The notes under the pieces are model-generated. The model was given only the letters and a program-made list of their open reading frames with translations, was not told the DNA's origin and did no database searches. Shown here piece by piece: positions 9,442 through 22,137 of a stretch of DNA of 23,439 bases (positions are counted from its first letter, which is position 1; every line of letters begins with the position of its first letter). The position numbers and the translations under genes are program-made. The stretch is from Bugula neritina (lineage: Eukaryota > Animalia > Bryozoa): the NCBI GenBank assembly GCA_964035545.1, contig CAXIUT010000020.1, positions 1-23,439 of the forward strand. The letters run 5' to 3'.

Positions 9442-12075
9442 TCAAACATCAAGCACTGGTTTTTAATTTATTTATTCCTTCTCAGCAGTCACCACATCTC
9501 TTCTTCTAAAATCACTAACTTCCTAAACCATCTTTTCTTTCTCCTAAATTCCAACAAAAACTCTCTCTCTCCTTTTCGACCTCGCCGACCCTTTGCTAAC
9601 TGATTCTCCTTAAAAATATTCTTGAATATACTTACCATACTGAGCAAGGGGTTGGCATGTAGACAAATTCGATGAAACTCGACTTTTATTCATATTGATC
9701 GATGACTATCTTGAATGTTTTCGTTGGTTGAGTATTACTGATCTGCTTTTGTTTCTGATATTTAGGGCTTACTTTCGAGAGGTTTCTTCTTGGTTCATGC
9801 TTATTATCAGTTGCTTTCTTAGTGTAGCGTTGCTGTTTTCAAGGGCTTGGATTTATTAATATTTGCTTGTTAGGAGTTGTGATATTGAATCTAAGTTTTT
9901 CTTTTGGTCGATAGTTTGTCCTTATAAATTGGCTATTGTTTTCTTTAGAGATTGGACTTATTGGTCTTTTGGGCCTTTTGATTGATTGTCTATCAAAGAT
10001 GAGAGGTTTAAGTTGTCAATTTATACAAGGAGTTTTTATTTTTATCTATTTGCCGTTTTAGCCATCTAAATATTGTTCTTTTTATTTGCTAGTAAATCAT
10101 CTTTTAAATATTTTATTTGTTATTATTGTTGTTTGACTTTATCAGACAACTCTTCATTATTTATAGTTAATAGTTTATTTTAGTTGTTAGATTAGTTCAG
10201 TTCAGCTTTTACTTCAGCTATTTCTTTAATATACCTATTGTTTAAATATTATATTTATTATTTTTGACTCTAATTTTTATTTATATTCATATTTTAGCAT
10301 ATTTTTTCAATATGTTTTATTTATTCTTACAATTATAATATCTTTTTATCTTTTTTTTATAGTTTTTTTATCATTTCTTTTAATCTTTCATTCAAATTCT
10401 CTATTTATATATCTTTCTTCTTCTGATATATTTAGTACTCTCTACTTAGACTATCATTAGCAATATTATGATCTTTCTATAAACTCCTTATACGATTGTT
10501 TAAATAACTAACTTCATCTTATTTGTTTTTTTTATAATTGCTATATTCCTGTCTGATATTCGATATACTTTATTTCAACTATTTGTCCTCTTTATTCTTA
10601 TCTTTCACGCTTTGATTTAGAATAATCAACTCACTCTCTTTTTCTTTTTTATACTAAAAATATTCTTTTGCCAAAGTTTCTTCTTTTTCTTTATGAATCT
10701 TCTAACAAGCCATCAAATCATTGATCTTATGACTAAGTTGTTATATTTTACTCTCCTTTTATTTTTTAAAAGTCTGATGATCAGCAGCTAAATTATTCAA
10801 TTTGTTATGAATAGTATTTAATTATATTTTCAATTTATGATTTTATTATTTGTATTTTTCTATCTCTTCATTTGAACATGAATTTATATTCTATCCTTTT
10901 CTTAATTTTATATTTTCCTATTTTAAATCACTGACATTTTTATTCAAAATACTAATTAATTACTAATTATGTCTAATTCTTCCCTACAGTATCAACTTGT
11001 TTTGACTAAATTCGTTATTTAGTTTTTCATTATTTTTTCTTAATTAATTAACATGTAGCTATAAGTTATTCCTTTCATATTGTACATGATTAAGTGTCTT
11101 TGATAATTCTTATATTTTTAGGATCTTTTAAGAATTGGCTCTATTTATTTTTTATAACTGTTTATTACATTAAGTCAACTATTTTGTTGTCTATGTCACC
11201 TATTTCTACAATTTTTAATTTTATTTTACCAAATCAGAATTATACCTCACCTGTCCTGAAATATCTTCCTTAATTATAGCACTGGAACCCTTTGAATTTT
11301 TCTTTTCTTGCTACATAAGTCGAATAATTTTTACTAAATTTTATTTATCTTCATTACTCTTACCGATCAACTTCTCATACTCTTGATTTCTAACACTCAA
11401 TCGATGACTATATATTTAAACTTCTTCTTTCTTTTTATTAAAACTATCAATCAATTCACTATTTTCCCTTTTCAAAATACCTACTTCACCCATACTATCT
11501 CTCAATTTGACTCTCATCTACTAAATATCTTTGATTAGTTTCGATATAGTCTAATTTTTATTTTTCAACTGCTCATTTCCACTCCTATCCACATAAACAC
11601 TAGTTTCTCCTGGCTTTTTTCTTTATTATTCCAATAGATTTCTTAATTAACTATTTATTTTCTCACTATTTGCTAGCTATCTTTTGACATGATCGAGAGA
11701 AGTAGTAATATTGGCGATATTATTTTGGAAATAATGGGTTCGATTATTAACCTATTTCTATGCTTCTTGTAAATGCATCTAGCATATAGTTAATTGTTCT
11801 TTATTTCTTTAATATTATGCTATGATTTTATTTTTATCATTTCTTTCTTGATCTATTTTTTACTTCAAATCTTTTATTTATTTTTGAAGTTGAGGTATTT
11901 TTCTGAATATTTATTCTTTATTAGAATACGTATCTTTTTTTTTTGTTTATCCGATTTATCTTTAGAGTGAGAGGATTATGTTGTTGAGGAGTTTTACTTG
12001 TTTCGAGTGTGATTCGATTGTTATTGTTCCTGTTATACCTGTTGATATATCTTAGATCATTTTGGGTTAGTGCAT
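9442..12075 (-). CDS. Long coiled-coil protein, about 880 aa; the start may lie further upstream (ATG 12376)
   Basis: A 2.6-kb TGA-free frame rich in E/K/L/I/N with heptad character, ending EKPVLDV* with further in-frame TGAs at 9433 and 9430. Confidence 0.85.
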
Positions 12076-12447
12076 ATGATTGCTTTATTATTATTATATT
12101 ATTTTGGCTTAGTTTTATATAAAAACTGACTTCTCAGATTAACTTGTTAAAATGTATCTAAAAAATAAACTAAAAGAGATTAGATTGTTTTGAGTAGTTT
12201 GAATTGGTTTATGTTGATGAGTATTTTATTTTATTTTATTTATTTTTTTGAAATCTATAAAATTGAAGTTTTTCTTGAATTAATATTATATTTTATATTT
12301 TCAATTGATTTAGCTATTTAATAGAATAGTTATAATATTTTATAAATATATCGACTAGTTTTGTTTTTGTTTTCATTGGTTATTAAAAGTTTTTAAAGCA
12401 GATATTTACCTTTTAATATAATATTTTAATAAAAGACTAAAATATTG

Positions 12448-14702
12448 ATGGATTTGTTTAAAACTATATATTCAAGTAAATATTATCCAATATTTTAAAA
12501 TTATGAGTCTTAAGCGCTATAATAATAAATGAATAACCAATTCAAAAAACCAACTAATATTTGGATGTAATAATTCTTCAATTCCATCACCTCAAAAAGC
12601 ATCTTCAGACAACCTCTTAATCCTCCAGATCAATCAAATCGTAATCTATCTTTGTTCAAATCAAAAACATTCAAACAATATACCTTCGAAACAAAAGTTA
12701 GATATCTACTATATAGGGTACTTCAAGGACAATTACTCCTCCAGAATTAGAAATTAATGTTGATTTGAAATTGGCTGATTTTATATTAGATAAAGCTATG
12801 AGAAATAAACGATCGCTTCAAGCTTTTTTACTTGCTGATTCTCCAGATTGTGTGTTTGATCAGTTCCAAGAGATACAGTAGGAGTAGTTAGATGATATTG
12901 ATTGTATACAAAATAAATAAGATGCTTTTTGTGTGGGTTTTAGTTTGGTTAGAGAATAAGGACAGAAAAAGACTCAAAAAAGAGTGTAACATTAATTGAG
13001 AACTCTCTTATAAAGAAATATTATCAAACCTAAAATCATTTAAAAATAAGCTAGAATCAGCTATCTCTGGAAAATATTGACTAAAATAATAAGAGTATTT
13101 ATCATTGTATAGTAAAGATAGAAGAAACTAAAAATAGGAAGACTGATGTTTTATCCAAAGATAGATATATCATTAAGAAAAGTAAAAATAAGTCCTTTTA
13201 CTTTTGCATTAACAAAATCATTATAAAAATTGAATAATCTCAACTTCAATAAATAAGTGTTATCAGGATATCTATCACTATCTGAGGTTAACAAAAAATA
13301 TAAATTCATATTGTTGTAATCTCATCATTGCCAAAATAGACCTGTTCCTTTGGTTGGTGTTTGGGTTGCTGGCAAATTGACAGGTCAAATCAAACAGGAC
13401 ACTCTACTCTGGTCCATTATTGTTGACTACATTATCAACCCAAGTATTACTACTAGGATCAGTATGAAGGGTAGCAATACTGGTATTTTGATATTCTTTT
13501 AATAGAATAGTAAGAAAATGTCTAGTTATCTGTTTTAGATATCACCTGCGGCTCGTTGGTCGATTTCGGCTAGTATCGAGGTTGCTGATTCATTTCCTGT
13601 GATGTATCGTTTCTCGAATAGACAGGTTATTATGGAAGAGGAGAAGGAAGAATCTTAGGTTGAATTTGTGCAATCTAGACCAAATGATGTTGGGATGACA
13701 ATGGATGACATCAGTTCTAGAAGTTATGATTAGAGAGATCAGGAAATTGATAGATTGAAAACTGAGGTGTAATTGTATAAAAGTCATAGTGCTGAGTTGA
13801 AATAAGTTATTGCTATGCTTTCTTTGCAAAAAAATATGACTAGCTATATGTCTATGCCAGGAGTAGGTAATTATCCTGAGAATTAAATCCTAATCATGAA
13901 CCTATTCCTTCTTATCCATCGTCTATTAAATAAATGCCATATAATTACATGAAAGAACCTTATTTTGGGAAAACATTATCAGAACCCAGTTCTACTCTCA
14001 ATCAGTATAAAAATCAGAAAGAGATGAGAATAAATATTATAGATTCCACAAATATACCATTTCAATCTTAAAAATAAGAACAATAATAATAATATCTTTA
14101 GGTGAATGAAATATAAAACGATTTTTAGTACCCACAGTTCAAAGAGATCGAATCAACTTATAAGTAACCATATTCTTTTAGAGATAATATAAAAAGATAA
14201 GAACAGTAGTATTTAAGATATGTTGATTATAAAGAAAATTGCTAACCTCACTATCAATAGTCAATTGTTGATTTATCACCTATTTAAAATAGATAGCCTC
14301 CTAAATAGAAACATATTCTGAGTAGCTTTTTGACTAGATATTAATAAAAAAATAGAGAATATGGAAAGATTCGATCTAAAATGCCTCTAAATAAAATAAA
14401 AATAATCAAAAACTAAATAATAATATTGGCAATAATATCATAAGAAAATTCTAGATAAACCATTAATAAAATAAAAATAAATAATAAATAAATATCTAAT
14501 AAACGATAAAAAATAGTTACCCAGCATAAAAAAAAGAAGAAATAAAAGGGTAAAGTATTAATAACAATATACAAAAAGATAAAAGAGCATAACTATTGAT
14601 AGTGATGATGAACATTAATAATATGTACTTTTTTTTTACTATATTTAGATCAAATAAATTGCATTAAAATACAAAAATAAACTAACCAAAAATAATTCAT
14701 GA
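12448..14702 (+). CDS. STIL-like centriole/basal body assembly protein (STIL_N domain); intron 12697-12716, probable intron 14625-14648, apparent frameshifts near 13885 and 14348
   Basis: GYLSLSEVNKKYKFILLESHHCQNRPVPLVGVWVAG...LLWSIIVDYIINPSITTRI resembles STIL GYLTMDETRKLLLLLESDP...LPLVGIW...VW...RYIFNSSVQERV (from memory). It has a central short coiled coil and a C-terminal DSDDE...EIALKY like the STAN motif. Confidence 0.75.
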
Positions 14703-14745
14703 TTAAATAATATTTATAGATTAATTCATTAAATATATCTACAAA

Positions 14746-15762
14746 TCAATGATAATATTACTAAAATATTTCAACCAAACTACGACTCTACCATCCCACT
14801 CGCTCGCCAACCAGTTCTCCAACTAATTATGCACTTACATAGTCAAATCTCTTACCAATTAGCACTCTGAAATTCAATTAGTCTTATTAAGGGAACCAAG
14901 TTCTAGCACTTTCGGAACCGACTAGTTCCTATTGACCACTAATTATATGCTACCATAGACAGTAACTCCTTGATATGGCTATAACAGGTATGCCTAGTTC
15001 TTTTGCTGCAATGCAGAGCATGAGTCCACCACTTAGGCAGAGTATTCCTCCATTGCGAAGGATAGCATCAGCACTGATAACTAGAATTCTTGCTCTTCTC
15101 AGCATCTTGGTACTTTAGAACAAACTGACTTAGTTTTAATTTTTAGGTGATTAAACTACCTTTCTGATTTTGTATCCAGAAACAGCTTTGATTGCAGTTT
15201 AGTTTGCCATAAAAGAATCGAAAAATAGTATTTATGGTAATTTGCTTTTACCAGATACTGTCCTTGCCAATTTATTAGAAAGAACTTCAGCAGTGCTGGT
15301 ATCAGCATTAATGATATCTTATTTAAGTTATGATATATTTTTAAGCATAACTTTTTTGATCCAATTTTGCATATTTTATTGATTATCTTCACTACCCGTC
15401 CTTTCCAGATCTTCTTCCTTACTAATTCCCTCCATAAACGACCTCAATCCCTCACTCTTCTTCTTCTACATGATCTTATGAGTCCTCTTATTTAACAAAT
15501 AAATACATCAGCTACTTCCTATTTCAACTCTTTGATTATCCTTTTCGATAGGTTACTGATAGAAGCAACCATCGGAAATTCTTTTTGAACTCGACCAAAG
15601 ATAGTATTAATGGTTGCGATCATTTTGTCTTCGTTCATTGGGTGGGCTGTTTTGATGTACTTCCAGATATCGTCGAGCAAAGTAACAATGAATTATTGTA
15701 GAGCTATCTTTATAATAGATGTTACTTGTTTTGGTTGATAGTTATTGGATAACAACGTTCAT
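14746..15762 (-). CDS. Translation initiation factor eIF2B regulatory subunit (IF-2B family, beta-like), divergent; introns 15704-15725 and 15487-15506
   Basis: PMVASISNLSKRII, VISADAILRNGGILCLSGGLMLCIAAKELGIPVIAISRSYCL, FDYVSAELV and EEYYH*. Both introns restore the frame. Confidence 0.85.
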
Positions 15763-15897
15763 TTCTTTTATAGTAAATATTATGATATAGAATCAAGTAT
15801 AAAAATATAAAGGCTGATAATTTCTAAAGATGGCTAATAGATAAATTTAAAGAAAAGGAAAATTTATTAATATATTTTTAGTCCTATATTATTTAAT

Positions 15898-16371
15898 ATG
15901 TTTCATTCAAGAAAAACAGCTTTAAATCAACAAATCCTTCCACCCCTTCCTTCAATCTCTTATCCTCAGCAAAACAATGAAGACCTTGTAAACAAGTCAA
16001 CATCCTCCCCATTTCTCATGAACAGTTCTCTTGTAAACTCTTTCCATTCCTCGAGAATTATATCAGGCCGCCAGATAAAAATGAATACCTTCTTTGAATA
16101 AGATATGAGTTAAGATAGGAACAATTCAAGACAGTGGACTAATATCAGTCTTCAATAACCGACTACTTTGAATAAATCAACTCTGACTCTGACAAAATGT
16201 TCGATGACATCTCAATAGACACCACTATCAAAGACATCGAATAAGAAATTAGGAATTTTAGGATCAAGATATTAGAATAAAATCAGTATAACAGAGCTAA
16301 ATAAGAATCGTATCAAGTTAAGAAAGAAGCCAGTTAGTCAATTATCTTTCAACAATCAAGAACATAGTTGA
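15898..16371 (+). CDS. Hypothetical Ser/Thr/Asn-rich protein, 157 aa
   Basis: The ORF-track ORF at 15898 extends through TAR codons to TGA 16369-16371. Confidence 0.75.
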
Positions 16372-16429
16372 TATAATAGATTTATTTATATTTTATTTAT
16401 AATATTGTTTTAAAGATTGTTGTTGTTGA

Positions 16430-19400
16430 TCATTTGTGTGGTGAAGTCAAGTTAGTAGAAGGTGATTATTTTTGTTTTGTAGTTGGATTAAAAATTTGGA
16501 ATAAATTTGAGTTTGTTTGATTTGTTGTTTTAGAATGATCAAAAATATTCTTTTTTTATGATGCTAATGAGTTATTGTTATTATTTTGACAAAAAAAATT
16601 AATCCTGGCTGATTTTTGTTTTTACTAATCAGTATTATTTACGAATAAAGGAGTATTTTTGCCACTAAATAGATTTTTGTTGAGGTTAGTCTTTGCATCA
16701 TTTTGTTTTTGAAGTAGATTATTGTTGTTATTAAGTTCATGTGAAGTGGAATCAACTTTACCAAATAGTCCAAAAACAGGTGTTTGAGAGTTATCTTTAC
16801 TAAAACATTTGAACCGTTTAGTTGTTTATTAAGATGTACTGATTAATCCTAATAGACCAGCTGAAGGTTTGCTTTATGCTATATTGAGTTTTTAAGGTTA
16901 AAAGAGTGAAGATGTAGACTTTTTATCACCAGATAATAAGATATTTTTAACTTAAGATTTTTGAACATTACTATTAGAATTATCTTGTATTTTGGTAGTA
17001 AATAAAGATTTTTTATTTTTATTTTATTAATTTTTTACTATTTATTCTACTTTAGTAACTTATTTGATTTCTTTAATTTTCTCAATTTTCTGATCTTTAT
17101 TCAAAATATTCTTTTCATTTATTTTTACTTTTTATTCAAATTTAAGAAAAGGAATATTTTACTAAAGTTGATTATTACTTCCACTATTTGCATTTCCAAA
17201 GAAAGATTTAGTTAATTTATCTTTATCAGATGATAAAATTTATGTCTTTTTAAAAGATATTGGTTAACAACTTTAATAATTAATTCCAACTGTCTTTTCT
17301 TGAAACTATCTATATCTTTATGATTTTTTATTATCTTTTATTTATTATTTCTTTTAGATTATCTTTTTCCTATCTCCTAAACTAAAAAGATTTATTTGAT
17401 TTTTGTTTGTTTATTGAAATTTATTACTTAAAAGACCATTATTCTTACCAAGAATATTCTCTTATTTTTTATCGAAAATATTCTCTTATTTTTTACCAAG
17501 AATATTCCCTTATTTTTTATCAAAAATATTCTCTTATTTTTTATCGAAAATATTCCCTTATTTTTTATCAAAAATATTCCCTTATTTTTTACCAAGAATA
17601 TTCTCTTATTTTTTATCAAAAATATTCCCTTATTTTTTACCAAGAATATTCCCTTATTTTTTATCGAAAATATTCTTTTATTTTTTACCAAGAATATTCT
17701 CTTATTTTTTATCGAAAATATTCTCTTATTTTTTATCGAAAATATTCTCTTATTTTTTATCGAAAATATTCCCTTATTTTTTATCGAAAATATTCTCTTA
17801 TTTTTTACCAAGAATATTCCCTTATTTTTTATCGAAAATATTCTCTTATTTTTTATCGAAAATATTCCCTTATTTTTTATCAAAAATATTCCCTTATTTT
17901 TTACCAAAAATACTCTCTTTTTTTTTACAAAAAATATTCTCTTATTTTTAATCTTATTTTATCACAAAAAGGTTTCCTTATTTTTTACTAAAGATACTCC
18001 CTTATCTATTCCATAAAAAATTCCATTCTTTATGACCAAAAAGACTATCTTATTTCTTTTAATTTTTAACATCTCTTTTGTCTTAAACTTTTTCCTTATT
18101 TTCATCTATTTAACTTTGCTACTACTTTTTATCTTCATTGAGAAATTCTATTTTATTGTTTTTTTTAATCTTGAACATTTTTCTTTATTCGGAATCTTTA
18201 AAATTAATCTTATCGCTTTTATCTGTTTTAGATATTTATCCTATGTCTTGAGAAATTAACAATTTATTTTCTGACTGAGAGCATATCTCTTCAGAAATAG
18301 CATCTTTTTCTTATGAAGTAGGCATCTTGATGTCGACTATTGGAATGTTAATTTTCTACTTTTACATTGTTGGACTCCTAGATTAATTTATTGAAGAAAG
18401 TGATTGATCAGATGACAATTTTGAATTCTAATTAGAAACTTTGTCTTATTTCGATGAATTTAATTTTTGTCTTTTAGGTGGGACTACTTTGAATATGGGT
18501 AAATTGAATTTAGATTTAGAGTTGATATCATTCATATTGACTACTAAGATTTATGGTTCATCATTATTTGATATCTAATTTTAACTATTTTTAATGCTCT
18601 ATTGCTAACATTATTCATCTTTTTATATTTTTTTATTATACTCACTAAAATTATAGCTATTTTTAGATTTATCACTTATAACACTACTATTATTCTTATT
18701 TCTACTATTCATTTTGATTCTATTTTATTCCATTTCTATTAAACTCTAATGCAATTCTATCAGTTATTATTCTAACTACTATTTTCTACTATTTATTGAC
18801 TCTTTTAATCTCAACAGTTGATGTTCTTTATTATATTATTTTTATTTAGCATTTTTATATAATTTTATTTTAGGCGGATTTATTGTATTTTTAATAGATA
18901 TAATTCGATTTAATAGTTATTCTAATTTATTTAATTATTTTTATATTTTTTTGATGTTATAACTATGATATGATCTTGAACTAAATATCCACTAGTAATA
19001 TCTAAATGAAATATTGTCTGTTTATGCTTTTAGTAGGAGTTAAGCGAGAGGATAGCCTAGATATAGGGAGTCAACTTGGTTTAAATTTTATAGTTAATTG
19101 TCGATTAGTTCTTTGATGTTATTTATATTAAGAAGATAAGATTTGTTGTTTATTTTTTATTTCAAAGATGGTAGTTTGTTTTTCAATTGGGTTAGTTTTG
19201 TTTTTATTTAGATTGATTATTAATAATTATTCTTTTTTAGCTTTTATTATTTGTTTTGTTATTCTTTGTATTAATATTAGATTTATTATAGTTTTATTGT
19301 CTATTTTTGTTCTTTTTATTGTTATTTGCTATATTATTATTTTATTAGTGAAGATTATTTCTAAATAGTTCTTTATTTATTTTCTTTTAATTCGATAGTA

Positions 19401-21974
19401 CACAATAATATATTTTTCTATATTTATTGTTCAACTAAACTATCTTATTTTGATATTATTTCTGAAGAAACCTAATTTGATTTTATTGATTTATTATGAA
19501 TACTATCTTTTTGATTGATTTATTTTTCAATTGATTTATTTTATTCTACTTTTCTATGTTATAAAATTTATTTTTCACTATGATTTGACTAATAATTAAT
19601 CTAATTTTGCTGATTTATTTAAATAAGTTGTTTTTATTCCTTTTTTTATTCCTTTTTCTATGATTTTATCTCTATATCCTGATCTTTTTTAACAACAAAA
19701 ATTTCTGATAAAGTTGTTTATTTTTTTATTTAAGTTATCTTTTCTTTGATCTTGAAAACAGAACCTACTTAAATATCTTTATCTTTATTTTGTGGGTTAA
19801 TCTCTTCTTCAGACTTTTTAACTTAATCATGATTGGTTTAAACACCAACTTACGAAATAAACTAATTTTTCAAAAAAGAATAACTAACTTCATTATTATT
19901 TTAATCCTATTTAAAAACAATTAAAGATGGAATTTATTCTTTATTTAATGTATTTTTTCCAAAAAAAATTGATTAAAAATGTTTCTATTATTTTATATTT
20001 AAAGGTTATTTATAAAGAGATGCTGATTGATTGAAAAGAGTTGCTCTATTTTTTTAAGGTTTAGAAAGTTTTAATTAATCTGATTTTTATTATTCCTTTG
20101 ACTATTATTTTTATTAGAAAGATTCTGAAAAAATTGTTTGAGAAATACCTGAAGATTAAAGGTCTGATTAAGGTTGAATCTATTAAGATAGATCTGGTTT
20201 TTATTATTTTTTTTATAAACTGTCTTAAGGTTTGGAATTTTAAGGATAAATTTCTTTTTCTTATTATTCTATCTTTTATTTAATCTTTTATTCTTTCTTT
20301 TATTCTATCTTTTATTCTTTCTTTTATTCTATCTTTGATTCTATCTTTTATTCTATCTTTTATTCTATCTTTTATTCTATCTTTTATTCTATCTTTTATT
20401 CTATCTTTTATTCTATCTTTTATTCTATCTTTTCATAATTATTCTATAAATTTTTTCTCTGCTTCTTTTTTAGATACAGTCTTTACATCTATTCTTTATA
20501 TTTCTTTTTTGATCTCTTTTTTCTATTTTTATTTTAATTTCTCCTTCTTCTTGTGATTTATCGATTTCATTCATTGAATTTCTATCTATTTTTTTCTATT
20601 CGACAATATTTTTAGCTTTATTAGCGACTTTTAAAGTACTTACTGCATATCTTCTATAAAATTTATTATCAGTAATACCAATAATAGAAGGAGGATAAGC
20701 TATAGTTAGTTTGGTTTCCTGAGAAGCAAAGTATAAATTCATGAACTCTCCCTCAAGATCTTTTGCTATCGGATAGAGTAAAGGGTCTTTCACATCTTAA
20801 GGTATTTTATTTTAGGAAGGTAACATATTTCTCATAACAGTTACTCCTCTAAAGAAATCACCCTGAGAATCTTTGAAATTAATTTTTTCCATTATTTTTA
20901 TGATATTTATCTTCTAGAAAGTTTAGAAAGGATCAATAAGATAAACCATTGAAGTTTTTTACAAAATAATGCAAAGCGAATATCCAAGATCTATAACTTT
21001 AACTCCAAAAGATAGCTTATTATCATCGTCATAATATAGTTCTCTCTTTTCATCTCCAGAATAAAGCCTCTAGCTACCTCTAAAATTCTTATATCCACTC
21101 ATCAAATCACCTTTAAAGAAAGTTAGCCACCTCTGATTAGGTTATTCCTCTTCATCATCATAGTAAACCATCACAAAACATAAGATATCACGAGCTTCAA
21201 GAGGCAAATTAGATCGTGAAAGTAACTGTTAGGGTGAACCATGAATATTGATCCTGAAGACATCAATAATATAACTTTTATCGTAGAGAAAGTAATCATG
21301 CTTTGGAAAACTCATATCCAATTTGTTCAGCCAGATCTCCAACTTTTGTAATATCAATAAGTTGTGTCCAATTATCGACATACCTGTGCATTATTCTATT
21401 CCTTCTATTTTGACAAATTTAGTTTATTTCATATTAGCCAGATTGATATTGACTACAAATGCTTATCCCTCAAAGTTCCAAGTCATTAGTTGATGATCTC
21501 CAAACCATTTGAAGTGTTGGCAGTTATGGATATTAGGCATAGGCAAGAGAGTCAATTTTGGTAGTTAAGCCATTTTCATAATTTGAATAAGAGAATCAGT
21601 GCAAATAGCAAGCAACTCTTCAGTTGAAGACAAAAACAACTAACCACTAAAGCTAATTGTACCCATTTCTTTCATCTCTTCCTTCCCTTCTCTCAAAAAT
21701 CTATCCATCACTTCGACTTTATATACAGCCACTTCATTTTACATAGCTCTGAGAACAACTTCATATCGATTGGAATATTCTACATACAATAAGCAATACA
21801 TAAATTGTAGATAGATTGGTCATGGACACCGATTTTATTGTTGATGGTGTTATGTATTAATTTTTTATCTATTTTGTTGAAGTTCTATGAAGATTGGTTG
21901 GCTTTTATTCTTTTATCTATAATTTATTCTGAATCCTAGTGCAGGAACATGTATTTAGGTAGGGATTATTCCAT
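16430..21974 (-). CDS. Nup214/Nup159-like nucleoporin, about 1800 aa (beta-propeller, charged linker, coiled coil, Phe-repeat tail); intron 21780-21799, apparent frameshift near 20520
   Basis: The N-terminal beta-rich domain contains NLEYSNRYEVVL and ELFLSSTEELLAIC. A 4.1-kb TGA-free downstream frame follows, with a tail containing SLFG, NIFD repeats, SFFGN, GLLG and VFGLFG. The identity is inferred from architecture. Confidence 0.6.
17444..17950 (-). repeat. Coding 24-nt tandem repeat, about 20 copies, encoding KKE[E/G]NI[FD/LG]
   Basis: Plus-strand unit ttctcttattttttatcgaaaata with a few variants, in frame with the flanking CDS. Confidence 0.95.
20264..20434 (-). repeat. Coding 12-nt tandem repeat, about 14 copies, encoding KIEE
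   Basis: Plus-strand unit ttattctatctt; the minus strand reads aag ata gaa taa. Confidence 0.95.
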
Positions 21975-22137
21975 GAATAAATGATATCTATTTAATAATT
22001 AAAGCTCTTGATTATATCAAGTATAAATAATACAAAAATAATGTTTAAGTTAGATAAAATTAGTTCTAATTTAAAAAATTAATTTAAATTATTTATTAGA
22101 ATAATATTGATTAAATAAAGATTGATTATGTGATTGA

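Noticed and set aside
17407-17991. ORF-track KYSLIFY and NKGIFSIK repeat proteins, or a CRISPR array
   Set aside because: These are shadow frames of a coding minisatellite. The units are contiguous with no unique spacers, and the context is eukaryotic.
18032-20556. Hydrophobic plus-strand ORFs that look like membrane proteins
   Set aside because: They are antisense to K/E/N-rich minus-strand coding sequence.
21820-21822. Apparent in-frame TGAs upstream of the nucleoporin-like and eIF2B genes (also 15759) as further UGA-Trp evidence
   Set aside because: Both are explained by 20-22 nt introns that switch to another frame with a proper ATG.
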